Source: an uncultured Deinococcales bacterium
GTDB lineage: Bacteria > Deinococcota > Deinococci > Deinococcales > JAAFIG01
Assembly: GCA_964244895.1 (NCBI GenBank)
Contig: CAXTKV010000015.1
Span: 1-42,384 of the forward strand
Direction of reading: 5' to 3'
Length of the DNA: 42,384 nucleotides
Below are positions 1 to 8,882 of the stretch, piece by piece. Positions within the stretch are counted from its first letter, which is position 1. Each line of letters begins with the position of its first letter. The notes under the pieces were generated by a model. The model worked only from the letters and a program-made list of their open reading frames with translations. It was not told where the DNA came from and made no database searches. Both the position numbers and the translations under genes were made by a program.

Positions 1-2
1 AT

Positions 3-428
3 GTTGCGCAGATTGGCTTAGAGGGCGTGCTAGACAAATTCAAACAGGCTCTAGAAGCGGATTTCTCTTCCGGCATCACGTTTGACAGTGCAGGCAAGTT
101 GTGGATCACGGACAGTGGCGGCGTCAAGAAGTACGAACCGCCAACCGCGAGTGGCAAGCCAGCCCCGCTATTTACCCTGAACCGATCTGCTGGTTCTGGC
201 GGTCCTGCCGCTGACGGTTTTGTCAACGCAAGTGCAACCGCGTTTGACAAGGCGGGCAACTTATGGGTTCACGACAACTTTGGCATCTACGAGTTCACCG
301 TCGCGCAAATTACGACGCCCAAAACGGTTCTCGTCGCTACCCCAGATCAAAAACTTCTTTTTAGTGCCCTCAAAAATTACGCCTTGCGGTTTTACCCAGT
401 GCCAACCAACACGCCGCTCTACCACTGA
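3..428 (+). CDS. 5'-partial beta-propeller (NHL/virginiamycin-lyase-like repeat) protein
   Basis: Frame is open from the window edge; two GITFDSAGKLWI / ATAFDKAGNLWV blade repeats. Confidence 0.6.
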   Translation, partial: VAQIGLEGVLDKFKQALEADFSSGITFDSAGKLWITDSGGVKKYEPPTASGKPAPLFTLNRSAGSGGPAADGFVNASATAFDKAGNLWVHDNFGIYEFTVAQITTPKTVLVATPDQKLLFSALKNYALRFYPVPTNTPLYH

Positions 429-492
429 CCCGCTCGAGGGAAAACCAATCCGTCCGGTTCGAGGTTGAACGCTCAAGCCGTGCCCAAAGGAG

Positions 493-1021
493 ATGGTGAT
501 GACCCAGCAACCAAACTGGCAGGGCACGCTCGAGGCTCCCATGTTGAGACGCGATGCGCTGCGCGTGGCGGCGGGCGATGGGGGCGCTTGGATTACCGTT
601 CGTGCGATCCGCTGCGCTGGCTCAGAGCGCGGCAGAAACGGCGACCGATTACACGCTGCGATTGGCGCAACAGCCGCCCGCGACGATCCTGACGGACGTG
701 AGAGCCCGCAAGGGCAACAAGGAAGCCTGGGCGGTGCTCGAGGGTGTGTCCATCGCGCAGGTCGAGGTTTCGGTCGGTGGCTGGCGAGCGCCGCGCCTGC
801 ACACGAATACGCCGGAACTGGCGGTCGTGTTAGCGGGCACGGTGAAGGCGGGGCTGCAAACGCCACGGAAAGAATGGCTCGAGGTGGACCTTGAGGCGGG
901 CGATTGCGTCTACTTCCCGCTGGGCTGGCCGCACTGGTTCCGCAACGCGGGCAGCGGCGTGCTGAGGGCGTACTTCAACTACGGGCACGCGCGACCCAAG
1001 ACCATTGAGGTTCAAAGCTAG
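493..1021 (+). pseudogene. Cupin (oxalate decarboxylase/germin-like) with Tat-type signal, frameshifted near 570-578
   Basis: AAGGAG directly before ATG493 (in-frame ATG499 better spaced); LRRDALRVAAG in one frame continues as AMGALGLPFVRSAALAQ in the 554 frame; cupin motifs RAPRLHTNTPE and GDCVYFPLGWPHWFRN. Confidence 0.6.
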
Positions 1022-1154
1022 ATCGGCCTTGAATTTCGAGCCGCCCGAGAACACCGTCCAGTACGGTGTTCTCGGGGTCAGACGCGACAGCTTCGCGCGC
1101 TGGCGACACGGGTTCGTCTTGACCGGTGCGCCCAGGGGGAACGTGGAGGTCGGA

Positions 1155-1500
1155 TTGAAACAACGGTTGCTGCTGGGGGTGCTGGTGCTCTGCGCGATGC
1201 TGTGCGCGGGGTCAGGCGGGCGCGCCGAAGGGTTCTGCGTGGGGTTCGGGTTCGGCTTACCCACCTTCGCCGAGGTGCAGTTGGGCTATGCCGAACAGGA
1301 CTTCGGCGTGAGCGTCTACAGCGGGTCTTTCCTCATCACCGCGCTCGGGGTGGACGGCTACGGGCGCGTTCCGACCGACTGGGTGCGTGGCACGTCGACG
1401 GTGGCGTGGCGTACCTCAACGAGGGGTTCACCAAAACGTCCTGGCTGGCCCTCCGTGCCCTGCTGGGCGCGGAGTGGCGTCTGAGCGATGACGTAGCGCT
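1155..1500 (+). pseudogene. Secreted/outer-membrane beta-strand protein, frameshifted (~1390) and truncated by an IS3 remnant
   Basis: GGAGG then TTG1155; signal peptide MKQRLLLGVLVLCAMLC; amphipathic strands continue in another frame (HVDGGVAYL..LGAEWRL). Confidence 0.45.
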
Positions 1501-1934
1501 AACCAGCCCTCAAACGTTGGAATGTACGTCAAGTCAGCCACCCACTTTTGATTCGGTTTTGGGGCATCGAACCTGCGCTTGAGCTTGTTCTCAACAATGG
1601 CGTGTACGTGCGCGGAATCCGTGGTTTTGCGCCTGAACTTGCCTTAGCGTTTGCCCTCCATTCCAAGCTCACGCATGATGCTCGCTACTCGAGGACAGCT
1701 GCACGATGCCTTGGCCTAGAGTAAGCACGCGTGAATTCGGGCGCTACCGTAGGTTTTTCGGCTGTTCTCGTTCATGGTTTTGATCTTCTCGCTCAAAGCC
1801 TTCTTTTCCTTGGATCGTTTGGATTCCGGCCTTTTTTGCCACGCGTAGTTCCCGCTCTCGCTGACCTCGAGCATCCGGCACATAATCTCGAGGTTGAACT
1901 CGGTGCGGTGATCGTGGATGAGCAGGATGATTAG
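1500..1934 (-). pseudogene. IS3 transposase OrfB fragment
   Basis: MCRMLEVSESGNYAW, TYGSARIHA and WVADLTYIPT motifs; internal stops; ends abruptly. Confidence 0.8.
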
Positions 1935-2269
1935 CGGGTTTCTTTGGTGAAAAAGGCCAGCGCTTTTTTTAGGATTTCCCGTTCCTGGCGGGCAATCTCG
2001 AGTTTTCGTTTGAGTCGCTGGTTTTCTTGTTCCTGCTCGCTTAAGGCGCCATGGCCACGACCCGTGAAGACGGGTCTCGCCCTGCTCGCGCCGTGTTCAT
2101 GCTCGCGCTTCCAGCGTCCAAGCATGTTGGCGTTGATGCCGAGGTTGGTCGCGGTTTTGCTGACGCTTTCGGTTTGGGCGAGTTGCACGGCGTGGAGTTT
2201 GTACTCGGCGGCGTAGGGTTTGTGTTTGACCATGACGACCTCCATTGTGAGGCTGTTCTGGTCGTCCAC
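1931..2269 (-). CDS. IS3-family transposase OrfA
   Basis: YAAEYKLHAVQLA..LGINANMLGRWKR HTH and leucine zipper ENQRLKRKLEIARQEREILKKA. Confidence 0.85.
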   Translation of the reverse strand: MDDQNSLTMEVVMVKHKPYAAEYKLHAVQLAQTESVSKTATNLGINANMLGRWKREHEHGASRARPVFTGRGHGALSEQEQENQRLKRKLEIARQEREILKKALAFFTKETR

Positions 2270-2553
2270 AAAATCTTAGTCAGATCAGTGTACGAAGTTT
2301 CGTGTCCGTTGGTCATCCTGAACACCAGCTCAGGAGCACCAGTTTGAGAAGACCGTACGGGATGCTAAATCGCGTCTGCACCTAAGACGGTGTTCTCGCA
2401 GGGCACCGGCAACGGGTTCGTATTCGGCCTGCCCGGAAACCTGACGAGGCTCGAGCCCTACCATCGCCCCAGCGCGCGTCCGGGCCAGGTCGTTGATCAC
2501 CACTCGAGTTTCGCGTGACCACCATCGTCAACCTATGGTTCAAAACCGCTCCG

Positions 2554-3477
2554 TCACCTCGAGAGCAGCGTCAGCAAGGCTTTGCAGCACGTCGCGGCTA
2601 CCGCAGCCGTGATGTCGTGAACGTCCCTGACCGGGTTGAGTTCGACGATATCTGCACCGACCACGCGCGTCTCGATCTGCCACAGCGCGTTCAGCACCTC
2701 GCGCACGCTCAGACGGCCCGGCTCGTGATGCGAGACGCCCGGCGCCAGGCCCGGTTCGATCACGTCTAGATCGAGCGATACGTACACCGGCCCCATAAGC
2801 CTCGGCAGCACACCGCGCCAACTTCGAGCCTCGATGATCTCCACGCCGTACTGGTGGGCTTGCTCGCGCTGGTGCGGGTTTAGGGTGCGAATACCGACCT
2901 GCACCAAGCGACGCACCAGTCCAGCCTCCGTGATCCGCGCGAACGGCGAGGCGTGCGAGTATGGGTTTCCCTGGAAGTCCGCGCAGAGGTCGCTGTGAGC
3001 GTCCGAGTGCAGGAGTGTCAGGTCAGGGTGATGCTCGGCAAAGGCCCGGATGATCGGGTAGGTGATCGAATGATCGCCGCCGAGGGCGAGCAATTTCGCG
3101 CCCGATTCGAGTACGTCGTTCACGGCTTTTGTGATCTGCTCCGCAGCGGTCTCGCCTTGACCGAGGGTCACATCGCCGAGGTCGCGCCAGCGTCCTTCGA
3201 GGTTCGTGCCATCCTCGCTCGAGGAATTGTCCGAGCCGCTGTGCAACACCTGCCGGATGCGGCTCGGGGCGAGCGCGGGGCCGCGCAAGAACGAAGAGTT
3301 AGAGTCGATTGGGAAGCCCATCAGGGCAACCTCGCCAGCTTGGAGGTTCGTGTGACGATTCTGACGTGGACTTGCCTGCGGCGCAACTCGTCGCGATGGG
3401 CAAGGGTCTAACCCTCGTCCCTCAAACGAACGCGCATACGTGTAGCTCAAGGCGGCTCGGCTGAGCCGTAAGAACAT
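2554..3477 (-). CDS. Agmatinase/arginase-family ureohydrolase (start uncertain)
   Basis: GGDHS, DAHSD, SHAS and DLDVIEPGLAPG motifs. Confidence 0.85.
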   Translation of the reverse strand: MFLRLSRAALSYTYARSFEGRGLDPCPSRRVAPQASPRQNRHTNLQAGEVALMGFPIDSNSSFLRGPALAPSRIRQVLHSGSDNSSSEDGTNLEGRWRDLGDVTLGQGETAAEQITKAVNDVLESGAKLLALGGDHSITYPIIRAFAEHHPDLTLLHSDAHSDLCADFQGNPYSHASPFARITEAGLVRRLVQVGIRTLNPHQREQAHQYGVEIIEARSWRGVLPRLMGPVYVSLDLDVIEPGLAPGVSHHEPGRLSVREVLNALWQIETRVVGADIVELNPVRDVHDITAAVAATCCKALLTLLSR

Positions 3478-3581
3478 GGGCTGATTGACAGGACAAACGC
3501 ACAAGGTCGGGGGAAGTTGCCCCGGCGCCAGAACTCGCCCCTGCTCGTGAGTTTATGGCCAGCGACTCGAGGGAACGGGTA

Positions 3582-3899
3582 ATGGAAACCGTGCCGGCCC
3601 ATCCGACTGCGGTCGAGTTCCTGTCGACCATCTTTGGAGAGCTAGCGGTGGAAGAGATAAAGACTTCCACCACTAAAACCAAACTCTTCGAGTTTAGAGG
3701 CTGCCAATCAAAACAAAACTTCATCGACGATGAGTTTCAGGTCGATGTTGCCTCTGGTCGCCTTCGACTACGGGCAGACCTGATGCTCTTTTCCCCATCT
3801 ACCCCGTGCTCTGCCGATGACAACTTTCCAGAACCGTGTAAAAGGCTCCCGCTCAATTCGGGTCGGTCACCTCGAGGGTCAGTCTGGTTTGGTCGATGA
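3582..3899 (+). CDS. Hypothetical protein
   Basis: GAGGGA before ATG; lower-GC ORF with protein-like composition; no recognised motif. Confidence 0.3.
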   Translation: METVPAHPTAVEFLSTIFGELAVEEIKTSTTKTKLFEFRGCQSKQNFIDDEFQVDVASGRLRLRADLMLFSPSTPCSADDNFPEPCKRLPLNSGRSPRGSVWFGR

Positions 3900-3914
3900 A
3901 CGCACTGACCGGGT

Positions 3915-4637
3915 TCACGTCTCGGCCTTGAGCCTTCGCGCGGCCCTCTCGCGCGGAGCACGCTCGACCCGAGCCTGCACCGCCCGCAGCGCGCCCGTGT
4001 CCTCAGGGGCGTCCTCGCAGGCCGCACAAATCTCTGGGTAGCGCTCGCGCCAAGCGGCCCAGCCCTCGCGCGGGTAGACTTTCTTAGCCTCCGGCGCGAA
4101 CAGTTCCGCCGCCTCGCGCTCGAGGTCCGGAAACGGGCACGCCAGAACCTTCGTCCTCTCGTATGCCGGGTGCTGGTTCCACGCGATCATTCGACCCGCG
4201 CCGCCCCACGGGTCGTCGCAGGCCCACACGACGCGCCCGATCTGAACCATGCCGATTGCGCCGCCGCACATCAGGCACGGCTCGAGCGAGGAGTAGAGCG
4301 TGCAGTGCTCGGGCGTTTCGAGGCGCTTGACCCGGTAGAAGGCGTCCATCTCGGCGTGGGCGAAGCTCGAGTTGCCGACGCGCTGCGGCGTTTTGGGCCA
4401 CGGCTCACCGCTCTTGTTGCGTCCCTCACTGATGATCGTGCCGTGCCCATCCACGATCACGCACCCGATCGGGCTCGAGCCGCGTTGCACGCTCTGGCGG
4501 GCGAGTTCGAGTGCGCGTTCGAGCATGGCGCGATCAAGCCTTTGGGGGGTTGAGCTCGTGCGCTGATTCCTTGCGGGATCCGTGGCGGCCTCGGGCGATC
4601 TCGAGGCGGAACGCGCTGAACGCTTCGATTTCAACAT
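3915..4637 (-). CDS. Zn-dependent nucleoside/nucleotide deaminase (TadA/guanine deaminase-like)
   Basis: PIGCVIV, HAE and LYSSLEPCLMC motifs. Confidence 0.9.
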   Translation of the reverse strand: MLKSKRSARSASRSPEAATDPARNQRTSSTPQRLDRAMLERALELARQSVQRGSSPIGCVIVDGHGTIISEGRNKSGEPWPKTPQRVGNSSFAHAEMDAFYRVKRLETPEHCTLYSSLEPCLMCGGAIGMVQIGRVVWACDDPWGGAGRMIAWNQHPAYERTKVLACPFPDLEREAAELFAPEAKKVYPREGWAAWRERYPEICAACEDAPEDTGALRAVQARVERAPRERAARRLKAET

Positions 4638-4648
4638 GTCTTCACCCT

Positions 4649-6136
4649 TCAGTTAGTCGACGACGCGGGAACCCAAGTGGACACCTTGCCTGCCGGACAG
4701 CAGAATTCAGCCCAGCCCTCTTGGTTGGTCGTGATCGGCTCAAGGATGTGCTCCGTCAGGTCGCGGTACACAGTGTTGGGCTGCCCGACCTGCATCCACT
4801 TGCTGCCCGCATCACCGTTGCTGATCACCACCGCCATCCCGCCGGGGTGTTCATCGTTGCCGAGCCTGGTCCAGCCGATGCAGTTGGTGTGATCGAAGTA
4901 ATCGTACTGATCGCTGAAGGCGAACCGCTGGCGGGCCTCAAGGAACTTGTCGATCAGGAACTTCTGCGCGTCGATGACGATCTCGTAATCGTTGCCGTCG
5001 CGCCCCTTGTCTTTGTACTCGGCTCCGTAGTAATCGGCATAGAACAGGCACGGGTAGCCGTCGCGTCGCAGCAGGATCAACGCGTAGGCCAACGGCTTGA
5101 ACCATCCCTCGACCTGGGATTCGAGCGCCTGCAGGGGCTGGGAGTCGTGGTTGTCGACCAGCGTCACCGCCAGGGTTGGGTGCCGCGCCACCAGCGAACC
5201 CTCGAAGATGCGGCGCAAGTCGTACCCGCTGCCCGCTTGGCTGGCCTCGTGGAAGTTCTTGTGGAGCGGAGCGTCGAACAGCGTGATGCGCCCGTCGGTG
5301 CTCTCGATGAAGTGCTGGAGCGCCTCGAGTTCGTAGGACCAGTACTCGCCAACCGCGAACAAATCTTTTCCCGTTTGCTGGCTGACCGCGTTCAGCCAGT
5401 CGCGGAAGAAGCCGTGTTCGACGTGCTTGACCGCGTCGAAACGGAATCCATCCACCCCGGTCAGACCGACGAACCACTCGCCCCAGAATTGCAACTCGCC
5501 GAAGACCTCGGGGTGTTTGACGTCCACGTCGCAGCCCATCAAAAAGTCAAAATTGCCCTTTTCCTGATCAACGTTCTCGTCGAAGGACTTGCCCTTGAAG
5601 AGGTAGATCGCGTCTTTGTCGGGGTCGGCGGCGTCGTGGTCGATCGCGTCGAAGTGGTACCAGTGCCATTCCATGCTCGAGTACTGGCCCGCGCGTCCGG
5701 GAAAGGTGAAGTGCGTCCAGACCCTGACCGGTCCGTACTCGCCCACGACCGCGTTGCGGTCTTCGGGGTGCAAGGGCGTGGCCTCAGCATCCTCTTCGAC
5801 ATCCGCGCCCATGCGGTGGTTGAAGACTGCATCAGCATAGACGCGGATGCCAGCCTCGCGCGCGGCGGCGCAGGCGACCACGAACTCGTCTTTGGTGCCG
5901 TACTTGGTGCGAACCGAGCCCTTCTGGTCGAACTCGCCGAGGTCGAACAGGTCGTAGACGCCGTAGCCGACATCGTTGCCGCCAGCCGCACCCTTGTAGG
6001 CCGGAGGCAACCAGAGTGCGGTCACGCCGCGCTCCGCGAGTTCCTCGGCATTGTCGGCCACTTCTCGCCAGAGGCTGCCGTCGGCGGGCGTGTACCAGTG
6101 AAAGTACTGCATCATGACCCCGTTGAGTTCTGCCAT
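4649..6136 (-). CDS. amyA: Alpha-amylase, GH13_5 (AmyA/AmyS-like, no signal peptide)
   Basis: NGVMMQYFHWY, DVGYGVYDLFDLGEF, GFRFDAVKH, VGEYW, VDNHDSQP. Confidence 0.95.
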   Translation of the reverse strand: MAELNGVMMQYFHWYTPADGSLWREVADNAEELAERGVTALWLPPAYKGAAGGNDVGYGVYDLFDLGEFDQKGSVRTKYGTKDEFVVACAAAREAGIRVYADAVFNHRMGADVEEDAEATPLHPEDRNAVVGEYGPVRVWTHFTFPGRAGQYSSMEWHWYHFDAIDHDAADPDKDAIYLFKGKSFDENVDQEKGNFDFLMGCDVDVKHPEVFGELQFWGEWFVGLTGVDGFRFDAVKHVEHGFFRDWLNAVSQQTGKDLFAVGEYWSYELEALQHFIESTDGRITLFDAPLHKNFHEASQAGSGYDLRRIFEGSLVARHPTLAVTLVDNHDSQPLQALESQVEGWFKPLAYALILLRRDGYPCLFYADYYGAEYKDKGRDGNDYEIVIDAQKFLIDKFLEARQRFAFSDQYDYFDHTNCIGWTRLGNDEHPGGMAVVISNGDAGSKWMQVGQPNTVYRDLTEHILEPITTNQEGWAEFCCPAGKVSTWVPASSTN

Positions 6137-6592
6137 GTCGATCCTCCAGTTTCACGTGCCACGCACCGATTTCGCGCGCCAGTCCAGGCTAGGGTCTGCT
6201 CTTTTCGGGGACTGTGTTGCACCCTCAAAACTGTCTTGTGCGCTCGCACGGAAAACCATTTTTAAATCACTCAGCAGTTTCGCGTTTGTGCAGGCGTTGT
6301 GCACGGGCTGGATCGGTCACGTTCGTGGCGAACATTGGCCTCTTCAGCCCCGACCCACTGCCGCCAGATCCAGATCGCGACGCGAGCGAACGTTTGCTCG
6401 ATCTCTCGATCCGGAGGCGCTGATGACGCGCCGTTCGGCGATCACATGTTTTTTGTCACCACCTGTAGCCGGAGGCCGGGGCAACCGCGTCGAACCGGGG
6501 CTCAGCCGAACCTCAGGTTCCCCACAGACGAGTTTCAGGCCGGGGGGAGAACATTTGGTCGCAAGCAAATCCAACTTCGAGAGGTGAACACC

Positions 6593-7120
6593 ATGGGACG
6601 CATCACGACCGTGTTCGACAACCAAGCCGAGGCCACGCAGGCCGTCAACGACCTCCGCGCGATGGGCGTTTCTGACGCCCACCTGTCCTTCGTTTCCAAA
6701 CATATCCAGAGCGGCGAGGTCGGCGACGCAGCGAAAGCCGCAGACACGAGCGACAACGTCGCCAAGGGTGTCGGGGCCGGGGTGGCCGTCGGTGCGCTGT
6801 TCGGTATCGCAGCGGCGTTGATCCCTGGTGCGGGGCCGTTCATCGCCGCAGGTGCCCTGGCGCACACGCTCGGCGCGGTCGGCGGCGGGGCGGTCGCGGG
6901 AGCCGTGGTGGGCGGTACGGCGGGCGGCCTCGCCGGCGCCTTCGCCAACGCCGGCTACGACCGCGCCGAGGCCGATTACTATGGAGGTGCCGTCGAGCGC
7001 GGTGGAACGGTTGTTGTGGCCGATGTCACGGATGCGCAAGAATCGCAGGTTCGCGGTGTGCTCGAGCGCCACGGTGGACGTAACTCGAGCGCGGCCAGCG
7101 GTGTGGGCATCGCACCCTGA
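6593..7120 (+). CDS. General stress protein (YflT-like, glycine-zipper membrane protein)
   Basis: GAGGTG RBS; VFDNQAEATQAVNDLRAMG, IPGAGPFIAAG, YYGGAVERGGTVV. Confidence 0.85.
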   Translation: MGRITTVFDNQAEATQAVNDLRAMGVSDAHLSFVSKHIQSGEVGDAAKAADTSDNVAKGVGAGVAVGALFGIAAALIPGAGPFIAAGALAHTLGAVGGGAVAGAVVGGTAGGLAGAFANAGYDRAEADYYGGAVERGGTVVVADVTDAQESQVRGVLERHGGRNSSAASGVGIAP

Positions 7121-7325
7121 ACCGTTCGCTTTTCAGGGCGACCGATCGCCTTTGAAAACGGCGGGGTCGATCGGCCTTGCGGGCAACGTTGTTCGAGCTT
7201 TTCCAGCGAACACAAATTCATGCCACAGCCGAACCGCGAAAGCTGGCTGAGGTGAGGCATCCGCAGCGAACATGATTGGGCAACCATCACACACCAGACG
7301 AAAGTCTCAGCGCGAAAGGATCACC

Positions 7326-7820
7326 ATGAAACTCGAATCGCTCAAAGATCTCTACGTCGAACAACTTCGCGACCTCTACAGCGCCGAGAGCCAGCTCGTC
7401 GAGGCCCTGCCGAAGATGGCCAAGGCTGCAACGCATCCCGAACTGAAGCGGGCCTTCGAGGCTCACCTCGAACAGACCAAACGCCAGAAGAGCGACCTCG
7501 AGCAGATCATCGTCGGCCTTGGAGCCAAACCGGGCGGGCACACCTGCAAAGCGATGAAAGGACTCGTCGAGGAGGGCGCGGAGTTAATCGAGGAGAAAAA
7601 GGATTCCGAGCGCAATGTGCTGGATGCCGGCTTGATTGCCGCCGCACAGCGGGTGGAGCACTACGAGATCGCGGGCTACGGCACGGTTCGCACCTACGCC
7701 GAAATGCTGGGCGAGAACGAGGCGGCCGCCGTACTCGACCGGATCGCGCACGAGGAGGGCGAGACGGACCACAAACTTACCAAGCTCGCCCTGGAGGTCG
7801 TTAACCCGGCGGCGGCCTGA
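7326..7820 (+). CDS. yciF: Ferritin-like DUF892 stress protein
   Basis: AAGGA RBS; LRDLYSAESQL, HLEQT, DAGLIAAAQRVEHYEIAGYG. Confidence 0.92.
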   Translation: MKLESLKDLYVEQLRDLYSAESQLVEALPKMAKAATHPELKRAFEAHLEQTKRQKSDLEQIIVGLGAKPGGHTCKAMKGLVEEGAELIEEKKDSERNVLDAGLIAAAQRVEHYEIAGYGTVRTYAEMLGENEAAAVLDRIAHEEGETDHKLTKLALEVVNPAAA

Positions 7821-7827
7821 CTGCGCT

Positions 7828-7847
7828 GATGGGCTCTTAAGCCCATC
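7828..7847 (+). terminator. Hairpin after yciF
   Basis: GATGGGCT-ctta-AGCCCATC; weak U tail. Confidence 0.4.
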
Positions 7848-8023
7848 GACGCTGTTTCACGCAGCTGCGCGCGGCCCGAAACCAGGCCTGTGGCTACAAA
7901 GTGGGCCGCGCGAATCCGCCGTGAGTCGTTCGACATCGACTCAACTGCGTTGGACGTGAACCTCACCATTAAGGGTTGTCGAGTTGACGGGCGCAGAGCG
8001 ACCCGACCCGGAAGGAGCACGAC

Positions 8024-8287
8024 GTGGCGACCTACGAGCACTTTCAGGAGGCCAAGAAATCCGAGAGCTTGCCAGATGGGGCTCACGTCGGTGCGTGCCT
8101 GACCTGCAAGCATTGGGATGCGCCCACCCCCCGCGTGGAGGTGATGACCCGCGAGGTCGCGGTCTGCTTGTACCGCGACCTGAGGCGCTATGCGCTCCTG
8201 GTCAATGGTTCGAGCGCCTGCAACCAGTGGGAGGAGCATCCCGACGCTGGTGCAGAGGCGAATGTTTACGCTGATCGAGGCCGATGA
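8024..8287 (+). CDS. Small four-cysteine protein (possible Fe-S/Zn binding)
   Basis: AAGGAG RBS before GTG; CLTCKHW...C...VNGSSACNQW. Confidence 0.7.
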   Translation: MATYEHFQEAKKSESLPDGAHVGACLTCKHWDAPTPRVEVMTREVAVCLYRDLRRYALLVNGSSACNQWEEHPDAGAEANVYADRGR

Positions 8288-8882
8288 GCTTCGTGCTGCC
8301 ACGCTCAGGAAGTCATCCTCAACGGCCTCAGGGCGAATTCCAAGATTATCGAAGATGCCTCGGTTTAGGGAGCCATGTTGAACTCTGAGATGCCTAAAGA
8401 GACCACCAGCAAAACCTGGGATGAACCCTCGCTACTCCTCGATCGCTTCGGATCATATGAACGTCAGAACGGTTCCTCACCACGTGAGAAGTCTTGGGTG
8501 CCATATTTTGTTTTCCAAAAACAAACAACAAAGTTCCCGGTAATTGCGGAACCAAAGCAAGTCGTCCCAGGAATTTTTGTAGTACACCTGTCAAAACTTT
8601 TAGCTCTCCAAAATGATTTTTTTATTAAGACCTAAATGTTTTATAAAATTGAAATCATTTAAGGCTATCAAATTTCGGCATGTTTAAAGATAAAGAGTGG
8701 ACACGAAGCAGTAACAGGGGTGACAACTCGGACTTCATTCAATCAGATTGTGAAACTTATTCCGAATGACAATATGATTAACTCGAGTTGATAAGCATGA
8801 CGAAAACGCTGTTGGTAAAGAAGGCGAAGAAATCGTTATTCCAGTTTTTAGGCTTCGCCCCACGAGCTGAGAGGAGCGTTCT

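Larger units (their letters stand above)
1500..2287 (-). mobile_element. Truncated IS3-family element (left IR, orfA, inactivated orfB)
   Basis: TGATCTGACTAAGATTTTGTGGAC end at 2287; orfA HTH; A7G slippery site 1963-1970; orfB YGSARI..KWVADLTYIPTFEGWL with stops at ~1716 and ~1644. Confidence 0.85.

Noticed and set aside
4511..6265. 584-aa + strand ORF
   Set aside because: Antisense shadow of the alpha-amylase gene in high-GC DNA.
8790..8850. GEEIVIPV, resembling a YsnF/DUF2382 stress-protein fragment
   Set aside because: Too short and preceded by an in-frame stop; cannot be supported.
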